This document shows, one piece after another, positions 40,733 to 51,200 of a stretch of DNA of 64,000 nt. The position numbers and the translations under genes are program-made. Position 1 is the first letter of the stretch. Each line of letters begins with the position of its first letter. Below the pieces are notes generated by a model. It worked only from the letters and a program-made list of their open reading frames with translations. It was not told the origin of the DNA and made no database searches. Source of the DNA: Candidatus Latescibacterota bacterium (lineage in GTDB: Bacteria > Latescibacterota > UBA2968); assembly GCA_965222605.1 (NCBI GenBank), contig OZ244960.1:512001-576000 (forward strand). Reading direction: 5' to 3'.

Positions 40733-41674
40733 CTAAAATGCAAAGCCCACCCCAAACCGCAAGGGTGTATTCAGATCGTGTTTGGACTGCTGCCACGCCA
40801 CATCCGCCGTGATCTTTGTCCCGACCAGGGGCAACTTCACGCCTGCACCTGCTGTAACCCCAAAGGAATCGTAGCGGAACATATATCCTGCCCGCAGCGC
40901 CAGCATATTGCCCACCCAGGCTTCGCCGCCCACATGATAGCGCTCTTCCCAGTTGATCAGGAAGTTCATCTCAAACGCCCCGGTGATATAAAACGGATCG
41001 CCTTGCTGCCCATAGACCTCGGCAGCGGTTCCCAGATTGAACGACAGAGGTTGCTGGAACTGCCGCCGCAACACCACTGTGTCCTTTCCGAAGTTCCGCA
41101 ATGCCATTGACAGTCTCAGGCTGCCAAGCCCGGTGTAGAACTTGGTGCCGAAATCCACATTGAAAGTCGTGTGGTTGGTCAGGTCCAGATCCTCGCGAGC
41201 CAACATAAATCGGATGCCAAAGGACAGCTTGTCCGTGAACTTGCGGCTATAAATGAGACTAAAAGCCGATGTGCCCAGGCTGAGGATTCGACCCGTGCCT
41301 CCCGGCTGCAAAATCGTGGTCTCCTCTACATCCTCTGGCTTAAAGGTCAGGATACTGACCCCGATGGTATGCACACCGCTTGTATAAGCTATAGCCCCGG
41401 TGTTGAATTTAGAATTTACGAACCACATCGAATGGCTCAGCGACACTTCCACTTTCTCCACACCCGTCATACCGGCCGGATTCCACCACGCGGCATTGAC
41501 ATCGTCTGCGATAGTTGCATAAGCACTCCCCATTGCCACGGCTCGAGGGCTTTGCGCCACCGCAAGGGGTGAGAAGATTGTCAAGTCCGGCCGCTTGATA
41601 AGCCCACCTGCATCTGCTGGAACAGCCATCAGTGTCGTGGCGAGCACGCAGATGACAAAAACTTTTTTATACAT
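40733..41674 (-). CDS. PorV/PorQ-family outer-membrane beta-barrel
   Basis: Signal peptide, SPRAVAMGSAY...DVNAAWWNPAG, ALRAGY, terminal Phe. Confidence 0.85.
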   Translation of the reverse strand: MYKKVFVICVLATTLMAVPADAGGLIKRPDLTIFSPLAVAQSPRAVAMGSAYATIADDVNAAWWNPAGMTGVEKVEVSLSHSMWFVNSKFNTGAIAYTSGVHTIGVSILTFKPEDVEETTILQPGGTGRILSLGTSAFSLIYSRKFTDKLSFGIRFMLAREDLDLTNHTTFNVDFGTKFYTGLGSLRLSMALRNFGKDTVVLRRQFQQPLSFNLGTAAEVYGQQGDPFYITGAFEMNFLINWEERYHVGGEAWVGNMLALRAGYMFRYDSFGVTAGAGVKLPLVGTKITADVAWQQSKHDLNTPLRFGVGFAF

Positions 41675-41726
41675 ACTTGCACTCCTTATTCAGAGGGGCG
41701 ATAGGCACAGACCTACCGCCCGCCGA

Positions 41727-44231
41727 TTACCTGACAGATCCCCCGACCACCACAAATGTCCCGCGCTGGATCTTTCCATTGCTTTCTGGCGTCAGGGACT
41801 TCACCACGAAGAAATAGACCCCGGCCGGAACCTGTCCTGTCACCGCCTTGGTGAGCTGGATATATTCCGCTTCTCCAACCGTCGGATTATCGTGGTCAAA
41901 CTCCGACATCAGATCTCCGGAAACCGAGAAAATCTTCACATTGCACCTGGACGGCAAATTCACGAACCGAATTTTATCCGACCCTTCATAAGCGTGAGAA
42001 CCATCGGCCAAAAAGGGATTGGGCACCACAGACACCTTCGCTTCCAGGCGTTCGGCCTCTGCATAAGCGGCCACTGCCGGACTCGTGGGTATCCATGAGT
42101 ACCGGAAGAACTGCTCGGGAGCAGATAATCCGCTCTCCAGCCCGCTCTGCACCGACTGCTGGGCAGCCGGTGGCAAATCGGACAGCGTCTTGCTGCCATC
42201 GCTACTGGTCCAGGTGCTGTGCCCGGTGTCATAAGCCGTCACCGCATAGTAGTACGCAAATCCGGCCAGAGATGTATCGTCGGTGTAAGAATACCGATCA
42301 CCTTCTTTGTGGGTTGCGTCTCCGACCTTGATATCCTTCAGGAGTTGCCAGTTGTCGAAGTAAAAATCGCTGCGGTAAAGCCGGTAGCCTGCAATATCCT
42401 TGGCCTCGGCAGTACCCGCATAATCGGGATCTTCCAGATCGTCGATGCTCTGCCAGCTAATTTTGGCCGTAGCTGCCGGTGTGTTCGCGATCCAGGTGTG
42501 GATATCCGGCGGCGGGAGTGGCACATCGCCGCCCAGTTCGTACATCGCCTGTGCGTGCTGTGCGTGCCTCATCAAATTCCGCATGGCCTTGTCCGTGTGC
42601 AAATCGGCCTGATTCTGCGGGATATTCCGCTGCCAGCCCCACATATTTTCCTCTACTGGCATCGATGCTGTAAAAGCCGTCACGATCTTCACGCGGTCTC
42701 CTCTTTGCAAATCGTAGGGACCATAAGTGTGAGAAAACGCATGCCAGTTGGGCGACATGGGTTGCTCGGGAGTCTCGCCCCGTCGCGTGGGGTTGTCCTG
42801 CACTGGCAGAGGTGCAGTCGGATTGTCCGGCCAGCCCGTGCGTCCGGCGATATTGTACATGCTCACCCGCTCGCCCGGCTTAGCCACCGACACCAGCGCA
42901 ATACCGATCTCGTCGGTGCTGTGCCGGTTGATGTCCGGTTCTTCTTTGTGGGTGAACCACGGCGCAGCAAAGGGCTGCTCTGCCACCTTTGGAGCTATGT
43001 AATTTGCATAGTCGTCGTTCACAAAAGGCGGCGTGTAGTCAATCGGAATCGCCCCCACGTACTGCCCGGCCAGGAGTTCTCCGCGCAGTTGGAAGTTCAG
43101 CCGCCCCCAGCAGCACTGGCTTTCTGGCTGGTGGGGGTCGCCCGCATCGTCGTGCGCCGTCAGCGGAGAGTCCCAGTCAAACGCATAGCTCATCTTCATG
43201 CCCACAGCGTCAGCCACATCCGCGTGATTCGGGTCAGCTGTCCCATAGTTAGCCGCCTCGGTGTAGCGGTACACATCGTCCTGGATCACATTGTAGTTCT
43301 CCGACTCTTGCCGGCGCAACAGCCAGTAGTAGTACCCGCGCGCTCTATCTACGCGGTCGCGGTTGGCTGTGCCGCCTTCTGTGGGCCAGAAATAGTTGTA
43401 AAACGCGAAATAGACATCCTTCAGGTTCAGTCCAGCACCCCCGTTCAAGTCGGCAACGCCATCGCCGTCGGAGTCTCCCGTGTTCTCAAACACATTCTCC
43501 ACAATGATGAAGTCGTCCCAGTCACGGAACGTCCACTGGTAGATCTTCTTCGTGCCCTGGATCCCGGCCTCTGTCGTCCACTTGGCAATCGCCACCAGTT
43601 CTCCAAACCGCTTGTGCTCTGGCTTCATATACGTATGGAAATCCCAGTTGTGGATCTCCACAATATTGTCCACACCCGGGTGCGGCTGCCCCGGATACCA
43701 GTTCTTGGCCTCCGCGATCGGAATTCCCTTGAGCGGATGCTGAGGATCCATCCCCACACCCATTTGCCCTTCGATTTCCGTACTCACTGGATACGCCATC
43801 GGCGTGATATCCGGGCTGGTGGTCAAGCTCGTAAACGATACCACGAGTTCTTTGCCGCGCGAGGGCGTGTATTCTGATGGGTCGGGCCTGGTAATAATAA
43901 ATGTTCCCAGGCTCCGCGCTGTGGCCGTTCTCAGCAAATAGTTTTGCACCCACTGATTGGACCCCGGCCATCCGCGACTATCCCACAAACTGCCCGGCAA
44001 GCGGTTGCGACCCGGGTAGGTCACGCCCTCCATGCTGGCGCGCCGGCTCCCATCTCGATCCGGACCGTGCATGCCCGTGTTCATCAGCCCCGTCCAGAGC
44101 TTGCTGCGCCGCAGGTTGCGCCACGGTAGCCGAGGAATATTCTGAGCGGCTACCTCGCAGGCCAGCGACATCACAAAGATTCCCACAAGGATTGCCCCGG
44201 CCGTGCGAGAAAATTTCGCATACATTTTCAT
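41727..44231 (-). CDS. Large exported protein with fn3-like domain and T9SS type A CTD-like C-terminus
   Basis: Signal peptide from ATG 44231; DIAGYRLYRS...YYYAVTAYD; VSVVPNPF...IRFVNLP..C.VKIFSVSGDL...AGVYFFVV. Confidence 0.8.
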   Translation of the reverse strand: MKMYAKFSRTAGAILVGIFVMSLACEVAAQNIPRLPWRNLRRSKLWTGLMNTGMHGPDRDGSRRASMEGVTYPGRNRLPGSLWDSRGWPGSNQWVQNYLLRTATARSLGTFIITRPDPSEYTPSRGKELVVSFTSLTTSPDITPMAYPVSTEIEGQMGVGMDPQHPLKGIPIAEAKNWYPGQPHPGVDNIVEIHNWDFHTYMKPEHKRFGELVAIAKWTTEAGIQGTKKIYQWTFRDWDDFIIVENVFENTGDSDGDGVADLNGGAGLNLKDVYFAFYNYFWPTEGGTANRDRVDRARGYYYWLLRRQESENYNVIQDDVYRYTEAANYGTADPNHADVADAVGMKMSYAFDWDSPLTAHDDAGDPHQPESQCCWGRLNFQLRGELLAGQYVGAIPIDYTPPFVNDDYANYIAPKVAEQPFAAPWFTHKEEPDINRHSTDEIGIALVSVAKPGERVSMYNIAGRTGWPDNPTAPLPVQDNPTRRGETPEQPMSPNWHAFSHTYGPYDLQRGDRVKIVTAFTASMPVEENMWGWQRNIPQNQADLHTDKAMRNLMRHAQHAQAMYELGGDVPLPPPDIHTWIANTPAATAKISWQSIDDLEDPDYAGTAEAKDIAGYRLYRSDFYFDNWQLLKDIKVGDATHKEGDRYSYTDDTSLAGFAYYYAVTAYDTGHSTWTSSDGSKTLSDLPPAAQQSVQSGLESGLSAPEQFFRYSWIPTSPAVAAYAEAERLEAKVSVVPNPFLADGSHAYEGSDKIRFVNLPSRCNVKIFSVSGDLMSEFDHDNPTVGEAEYIQLTKAVTGQVPAGVYFFVVKSLTPESNGKIQRGTFVVVGGSVR

Positions 44232-44255
44232 GTCATATCCTCTATTAAGTTGGAT

Positions 44256-44286
44256 CCGCGGTGTGGACACTCCGCCCACACCGCGG
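44256..44286. other. GC-rich intercistronic hairpin without U tail
   Basis: CCGCGGTGTGG-9 nt-CCACACCGCGG between the TBDR and cargo genes. Confidence 0.6.
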
Positions 44287-44298
44287 CACTGTGCCTGC

Positions 44299-47200
44299 TT
44301 ACCAGGTCAACCGCAACCCTGCAAATACCAAACGCGGATCGGTCCTCGTATATCTGCTCAACTCACTGGCATCGCCGCCGAACTGCACGAACAACGGATT
44401 GGTAGGCTGTGATTCAAGCAATCCCCACCGCACGTAGTCTGCGCTCGTGGATGGCGAGCCTTTGAAATTGAACAAATTTTCGATCTCCACATAAAGCAAC
44501 GGGCGGATGCCCCTGATGTTGAACCCTTTCTGGAAGCTGAAATCTACCGACGAGATCGTGGGACCCTCTTTCTTCAGGTTCAGACTGGTTTTCGGATCCT
44601 GGAAATCGAAGATTCGCCCCGTGAAGATGCGGTAGATCATGTTCACCCGAACATCGCCGAACAGCTTGCTGCCCCAGAACATCTCGCCGGGACCAAAATC
44701 GGGTGGGCTGGCATAGACCAGCACCAGGCTCCCATTTGTCCGCGTGGCATCGCTGCGCCCACCTTCCACACTCCAGCCCGTCGTCGAAAAGGCGTAAAGC
44801 CCCCGCAGCGCTGCCTGTTCCTCACTGGACAGCCCGCTCTGCTCCCACAGGGGATAAAATTTCCCATCGTTGGTCGCATACATCGCACCCACGCCGAACT
44901 CGCCAGCCAGACCCTTATCTACTACCTCCTGCGCCTTTGCCTTCAATTCCTCCAGCTTGGCGCCGGTCGGCGGAGCGGGGATCTCTGCACCCGTATTCGG
45001 GTCAATCGTGTAACTGACCCAGTACCGGTTGGGATCGGCAATATACGATGCATCCGGATAAATATTGCCGCCCATATTGCCCCGCTTGGTGCCGCCAATG
45101 GTCAGGCGCTCGCCCCAGCCCAAGTTGAGTGCGGCTTTGAACGAGAAGTTGTGCTTCAACCCCTTCTTCAATGCCAGTTCGATACCACGGGTCGTGGTGT
45201 GGCCTCTCGGACCCTGCGAACGAGTCTTGGCCTTGCTACCAATCTGTGGGTCCTGGAAGCGAGCAGTATTAACACTCAAAAATCCATTGGTGATGCGGTA
45301 ATAGGCAGTGCCCTGGAAGGAATAGTCGCTGATGAAATTCCACTCCGTGCCCAGTTCAAAAGCCGTAGAGACCTGCGAATGCTGCAAGGAGAAGAACTGA
45401 TCAATCACAAATCCCGAGCCAAACGAGTCGTTGCGGACCAGGCTGTTGTTGTACTCTTCAGCACTGATGTTTCCATCGTTGTTGTGGTCGATCGAGTGCG
45501 GTCCCGTCGCCCGCCAGTTCTGCTGGTATATCCGGCGGAAATCCGGACGGGTGTGAAACTTCCCGTAGAAGAAATGAATCTTCGACTTGGCCGTAATCGG
45601 GTGCGATATCCCGACCCGGGGCATAAACCAGTTCATCGGCTGCATATCGCCATACATCGTATGGTTCCGGAAGCGCGTGTAGTTGTAGCCCATCGGCGCG
45701 CCCTGATAGGGATGGAGGGGAACCACTCCGCCGCTATACCGCTCGTAGCGGAAGCCCGCATTGATGATCAGTCCTTCAAACTCCATCTTGTCCTGCACAT
45801 AAGCGTGGAGCTCGGTGGGCGTAATCCCCACACCGGGTTCATAGCGCTTGCCCCAGTAAATCAGCCATCGATTCCGCTCATCCACATCTTCGTAGGTCTC
45901 GGTCTTCCAGTTGTCGTAGCGATAAAATGTAAAACCGCCCTTCAGAAAGTGCGTGCGAGTCACCTGGCTGGCCAGATCGAACCGCGCTGCCAGCTTGTTT
46001 TGCTGCCCGACGCGCAGATCCCGCACCTGCCCGGAATCGGTGTAGTACCACCCATCATCGTCTAAGGATGGATTCACCGTCGTGCTGGGAATGTCAATGG
46101 TGTCCTGCTTGCTGGCAATATACGACAGCCTCACTTCGTAAAATGTCTTTGCCGATAGGGTGTGGATGCTGGACACATAAAACATGTTGTCCGTCACCTG
46201 CCACTCACCCCCATAGCGTCCGCGTTCTTCCAGGAAAATCGCCCTGGAATTAAAGCTGTCTGCATAGCGACCTTGGCGGCTGGAATACAGCCCACCCACA
46301 CGGAGCTTGATATCGGGTGTGGCGCTATAGGTTACTTTGTAGCTCACATCCGCGTTAAATGGCTCGCGCTCAGTCGGCTGGGGCAGGTTCCGGGCCTGAA
46401 TATCGTGCTTTGTAGTGGCAAAGAACGACAGATCACGGTTAATAGGCCCCGAAAGAGATGTCTCTAAAAAATGCCCTTGCACATCTGTATAATCGCTCGA
46501 AGGCCGCTGATGCACCTTCCGACCATTGGCTGTTTCATTGGCCCACTCAGAATCGCCATATTGCAGCCGACCCTGATGTACGAAGCTATCGTAAGCATTG
46601 TTGCCCCAGTGCTTCTGTTGCGCTGGCGAGTACCGATAGTGAAACTGTCCGTGGTAGTCCCGACCGCCATCTTTGGTTACAATCTGGATAGAGCCGGTAT
46701 TGCCATATTCGGCATTCAACCCGCCGGCCAGCACCGTGATCTCTGAAATCGCCGACGTATTGACATCGCCGCTCCAGTTCTGCGTGCCCCCACGGGTGCC
46801 TGTCCCACGCCGACCATCCGAGTGCGTCATACGCACACCATCTACCATATACTCGGCCACTTCACCGCCATTGCCCACAAAGGCATTGCGGATGCGATTT
46901 GTACCGTCGGTATTGACCCCCGCCTCCAGCTCGATAAAGGAATCCAGATCGCGGACAATGGGCAGCACTGCAATATCCTCGGCGGTCACCACATAACGGC
47001 TTGCCGTCACATCTGCCTCCACCGGAGGCCGCTCTGCAATCACGGTCAACTCACCCAGTTCCAGAGCTGCTTCATTGAGCGAGAAATCAACTGTCGTCGT
47101 CAGATCCGACGCAACCCGCACATCGGACCTGGTCGCACCCGTGTACCCAACCATCGACGCCTTCACTGTATAACTCCCCGGATCGACAGACAGGACAAAA

Positions 47201-47391
47201 TAATACCCCTCCCCATCAGTTGTTGCCCCACGGGTCGTCCCCTCCACCAACACGTTGGCACCCGGCAGAGCCTCTCCAGCCTTATCGACTATACGGCCAG
47301 TAATTTTTCCCGTTGTTGCCGCCTCGGCCAGGCTGACAAAACCGAGGGCAAAAATCATAACGAGAACAAAACCCAGACATTTTCTGTACAT
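44299..47391 (-). CDS. TonB-dependent receptor with N-terminal carboxypeptidase-regulatory-like domain
   Basis: TTGKITGRIVD..GEALPGANV; YMVDG; GGLNAEYGN; MPRVGISHPIT; C-terminal PRLVFAGLRLTW. Confidence 0.9.
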   Translation of the reverse strand: MYRKCLGFVLVMIFALGFVSLAEAATTGKITGRIVDKAGEALPGANVLVEGTTRGATTDGEGYYFVLSVDPGSYTVKASMVGYTGATRSDVRVASDLTTTVDFSLNEAALELGELTVIAERPPVEADVTASRYVVTAEDIAVLPIVRDLDSFIELEAGVNTDGTNRIRNAFVGNGGEVAEYMVDGVRMTHSDGRRGTGTRGGTQNWSGDVNTSAISEITVLAGGLNAEYGNTGSIQIVTKDGGRDYHGQFHYRYSPAQQKHWGNNAYDSFVHQGRLQYGDSEWANETANGRKVHQRPSSDYTDVQGHFLETSLSGPINRDLSFFATTKHDIQARNLPQPTEREPFNADVSYKVTYSATPDIKLRVGGLYSSRQGRYADSFNSRAIFLEERGRYGGEWQVTDNMFYVSSIHTLSAKTFYEVRLSYIASKQDTIDIPSTTVNPSLDDDGWYYTDSGQVRDLRVGQQNKLAARFDLASQVTRTHFLKGGFTFYRYDNWKTETYEDVDERNRWLIYWGKRYEPGVGITPTELHAYVQDKMEFEGLIINAGFRYERYSGGVVPLHPYQGAPMGYNYTRFRNHTMYGDMQPMNWFMPRVGISHPITAKSKIHFFYGKFHTRPDFRRIYQQNWRATGPHSIDHNNDGNISAEEYNNSLVRNDSFGSGFVIDQFFSLQHSQVSTAFELGTEWNFISDYSFQGTAYYRITNGFLSVNTARFQDPQIGSKAKTRSQGPRGHTTTRGIELALKKGLKHNFSFKAALNLGWGERLTIGGTKRGNMGGNIYPDASYIADPNRYWVSYTIDPNTGAEIPAPPTGAKLEELKAKAQEVVDKGLAGEFGVGAMYATNDGKFYPLWEQSGLSSEEQAALRGLYAFSTTGWSVEGGRSDATRTNGSLVLVYASPPDFGPGEMFWGSKLFGDVRVNMIYRIFTGRIFDFQDPKTSLNLKKEGPTISSVDFSFQKGFNIRGIRPLLYVEIENLFNFKGSPSTSADYVRWGLLESQPTNPLFVQFGGDASELSRYTRTDPRLVFAGLRLTW

Positions 47392-47413
47392 CGAAAAACC
47401 TCCTTAGTGAGAA

Positions 47414-48112
47414 CTACCAGTAATATTTAATCCCGCCCACCAGATCTATCGCCTGCATTGGGAAGACTTTTTCAAGCCCCCAGTCCTCCAGGGGACGGAG
47501 TTCGCCCATAATCACATTATACCGCAAGCGGAGATCGATCACAAATTGCTCGGACCCCACGATGCTGATCCCACCTCCAAATGAGAACGTCAGTGCTGCC
47601 ACCTTGTCGTGAAAGGCGGGATTTAGAACGCTGGTATCCAGGGACGTTCCCGACTGCCCGGGAAAAACCAACCCCGACACCTCATTCGAAAATCCGAAAA
47701 ACCCGACGCCACCCATTATATAAGGCGATGTGCCTTTGCCCACTTCCTTGAAATGGAGCAGGGCGCTGGCGACCAGGCTATTGAACGTCACGCCTTGATC
47801 GACATTTGGACTGCGGTAGTTCTGGCTATCAATCGGCCAGGTGAACTCTCGTGTATCCAGATCGCCGCCCAGCATCGAAGAATAGTGATACTCAATCTCG
47901 GCGACAACTCTCGACGAGGCTATATAGTTGTAGCTAAGTCCCAATTTGGGAGAGGCAGAGTACCACTCGCCAAATTTGAACAACGGTACGTTTGCACTCC
48001 CGAAAAACCCGATCCCCGACTGGCCTTCTTCTAAGGCTCCAGCCGTGGAAACCGAGACCAGAACCGCCCCAGTGAGACATAGTATTCTAAACATCGCTCT
48101 CAACATCCGCAT
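47414..48112 (-). CDS. Small outer-membrane beta-barrel protein
   Basis: RBS AAGGAGG, signal peptide, SPYIMGGVG, terminal Trp. Confidence 0.8.
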   Translation of the reverse strand: MRMLRAMFRILCLTGAVLVSVSTAGALEEGQSGIGFFGSANVPLFKFGEWYSASPKLGLSYNYIASSRVVAEIEYHYSSMLGGDLDTREFTWPIDSQNYRSPNVDQGVTFNSLVASALLHFKEVGKGTSPYIMGGVGFFGFSNEVSGLVFPGQSGTSLDTSVLNPAFHDKVAALTFSFGGGISIVGSEQFVIDLRLRYNVIMGELRPLEDWGLEKVFPMQAIDLVGGIKYYW

Positions 48113-48347
48113 AAGCTGGCCCTCCTTTGAGATGGTAAAAAATACAACACGGTATCGCACTCAATTCAAATACTCCTCCTTTCTCCGGCTCAATTTATTC
48201 ATAAAACTTATTTTCACGCCCTCCCGCTGATTTTTAGATGGTTTTAACTCCAAACTGATAATGAGGATAAACTATTGACTATTATTTACTTATATTAAAT
48301 TTCTAATATAGTCACAAATTTTCACTTATATCATCAACAATATGCAT

Positions 48348-48394
48348 TAAAATTTCTCCCAATGTCAAGTGTTTTTTTGATCGTTCTTCACCTT
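48348..48394. repeat. Copy of a lacI 3' end and downstream sequence
   Basis: 40/47 nt identical to 55149-55195; its last 14 nt match 53849-53862 at 13/14. Confidence 0.8.
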
Positions 48395-49149
48395 GCTATC
48401 TGAGTCATTAAAATCCAAGTCCTTCGTTAGTTCGTAGCCCGTGCAGATAGACTGGGGACAATCCATCCCAGAAGGCGCAAGGGGAAATGCCAAATCATAA
48501 CTATTCGCATTGTTCGCATCGTCAACTGCGCCGTTACCATCCAGATCATAGCGGATGGCGTTTAGTCGCTCCAGGTTGGATACCTCAATGAGGCCATCAT
48601 CGTCATCGTCGTAGTCAAACAACGGCGTTCCGACCATTGTTGCCGACCATGCGCTACGAACACTCGTTTTCTTAGCTCTAACCTGTACATCGTAACCAGA
48701 GCCACCGACCAGACCGTTGATCGTATATTCAAAGTTATCACTCGTTCCGGCATTCCTAACCACTGTCCAGTTGCCGCTAACTGTCTCGTCATCGCTGGTG
48801 AGAATGTAGCGCACGTCATACCCAGTAATGTTGCTACGGAGCGGATCACTCAAGGCAACCCTGAGTGATCGGGCTCCCGGCGTCACACTGGAAATGGTCG
48901 GCACGCTGAGCACCGTCGCTCCTTCGCCCAGTTCAGACCATTCTCCCTGCCCTTCGGCATTGGTCGCCCCGCACCCGTATCTCGTAATTCGTGCCCTCCT
49001 CCAGGCCCATGATCGTTATGGTCTTATCCCTGATGGAAGCATTCGCATCGATAAATGCATCGTTGCGCCCACTGCTTCGGTATTGTATGTCGTAGCTAAT
49101 ACCAATATCAATACGTCCGATTTTTTCCGATTGACCGCCCAGCTCCGTC

Positions 49150-49810
49150 CAGTATAGCTTGTTCCTTGCGATGTCCAGCGCAATGCCAAATGGGTCCCCT
49201 AATCCCGTGGCGATAAGGTCTTCGACATTTCTACCATTGAGATCAGCACGCTGGACTTTATCCGTACCACGGTCCGCCCAGTACATCTTGTTTCCTGCGA
49301 TATCCAGCGCAATACCAAATGGATCCTCCAATCCCGTGGTGACGAGGTCTTCGACATTTTCGCCACCGAGATCAGCACGCCGAATTCTATCACTGATTGC
49401 CCAGTACATCTTGTTCCCTGCGATGTCCAACGCAATACCCCCAAATTTATCCGGCAGTCCCGTGATGAGGTCTTCGATATTTTCACCATTGAGATCAGCA
49501 CGCCGGATGCGACCAGAGCCCGTCCAGTACATCTTGTTCCCTGCGATGTCCAACGCAATACCCCCAAGTTTACCCGGCAGTCCCGTGATGAGGTCTTCGA
49601 TATTTTCACCATTGAGATCAGCACGCTGGACTTTATCCGTATAGAGATCTACCCAGTACATCTTGTTTCCCGCGATATCCAACGCAATGCCCACAGGAAA
49701 TTGCACCGCATCCCGAATGAGGTCTTCGACATTTTCACCGTCGAGATCAGCACGCCGGATGCGACCAGAGTCCGTCCAGTACATCTTGTTCCCTGCGATG
49801 TCCAACGCAA
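49150..49810 (-). repeat. Coding tandem repeats of about 123-129 bp (YWTD/LDLR class B)
   Basis: Six (I/V)ALDIAxNK(M/L)YW units; the units starting near 49401 and 49524 are nearly identical DNA. Confidence 0.85.
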
Positions 49811-50274
49811 CGTCAATTGGATTAAACATAGAAACATTATCTGTATTCAATACTGAAGGGGAGTCCCCCCAGATAATGGTCAAGGTAGTCATGGTTGCCT
49901 GCGTCACTGTCGGCGCATCTAATTCCGGGGAGCCTATGTCGGTCACTATGACAGTTATTGCCTGTGTTGCTGTCAATGCTCGACCATTCTCACCACTCAT
50001 CGCTGTGACCTCTACGATATATGCGTTGTTGGTATCCGCATCCAATGGAGCCTCAAAATCTGGTGCGGCTTTGAAGATCAACACACCTGTTTCTGAAACA
50101 ATGAAGAACTGAGTTTGATCTGCCCCGCCAGTAATGGCATAACTGGTGACGCTGTCGTCGCTATCGGCGTCATTGGCAACCACTATGCCGACACCTGTCA
50201 CATTTTCCAGCACATTGAATGTCGCATTGCTCGTGAAGACCGGCGCAACATTAACCTTCATCTTCCCTTCACCT

Positions 50275-51200
50275 GAATCAGACCACGCACCTGTGCCTTC
50301 ATCGTTCTTCGCACGCACCTGTACCTCATAACTCGTACCCGGTTTCAAGTTCGTAAGCGTCAAAGTCAAATCCGTGCCATCGTATTCCGCATCGGTGAAA
50401 CCGTCATCGTCACTCGCCTTATACTGCACATCGTAATCCGTAATCTCTGGTCCCGTATTCGCAGGAACTTCCCACGTCACTTTCAAACTATTCATCGTCA
50501 CTTCCGAAACCACAGGCGTTTCAACCTGACCCGGTGCCTCGTCATCCTTGTCGGTCACAGTCACAACAATCGTCTGTGCTGCTGTCAATACACGTTCACT
50601 CGCACCGCCAGTCGCCGTGACCTCCACGATGTATTCATTGTTATTTGCTACATTGGCAGGGTCGGCGCTTTCAACATCTGCTGGCACCTCATAGTTCGGT
50701 GCAGCCTTGAAGCGCAACCCACCCTCCTCCGTGATCTCGAACTGCTCTTGATCCGCTCCACCGGTAATGGCGTAGCCCGTGATGCTGTCATCGCTATCCC
50801 CGTCATTGGCGGACACTGCGCCAACCGTTGTGTTATTTTCTTTCACCTCGAATGTCGCGCTACTGGTGAAGATCGGGGCCTGATTCTCAATGGTCATCCC
50901 TTCACCTGATTCAGACCAATTACCTGTGCCTTCATCACTCTCTGCACGCACCTGCACCTCATAACTCGTACCCGGTTTCAAGCCCGTAAGCGTCAAAGTC
51001 AAATCCGTGCCATCGTATTCCACATCGGTAAATTCGCTCTCACCACTCGCCTTATACTGCACATCGTAGTCCGTAATCTCTGGTCCCGCATTCGCAGGAA
51101 CTTCCCACGTCACTTTCAAACTTTTCATCGTCGCCTCTGCTATGGTCGGCGCAGCAGGTTGACCCGGTGCCTCGTCATCCTTGTCCGAAACAGTCACAAC
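50275..51200 (-). repeat. Two near-identical fn3 coding repeats (~50275-50570 and ~50908-51200)
   Basis: Long shared stretches such as CCTCATAACTCGTACCCGGTTTCAAG and CGTAAGCGTCAAAGTCAAATCCGTGCCATCGTATTCC. Confidence 0.85.

Noticed and set aside
49150-49810. CRISPR-like periodic repeats
   Set aside because: Units are in-frame coding YWTD repeats without unique spacers; no cas genes
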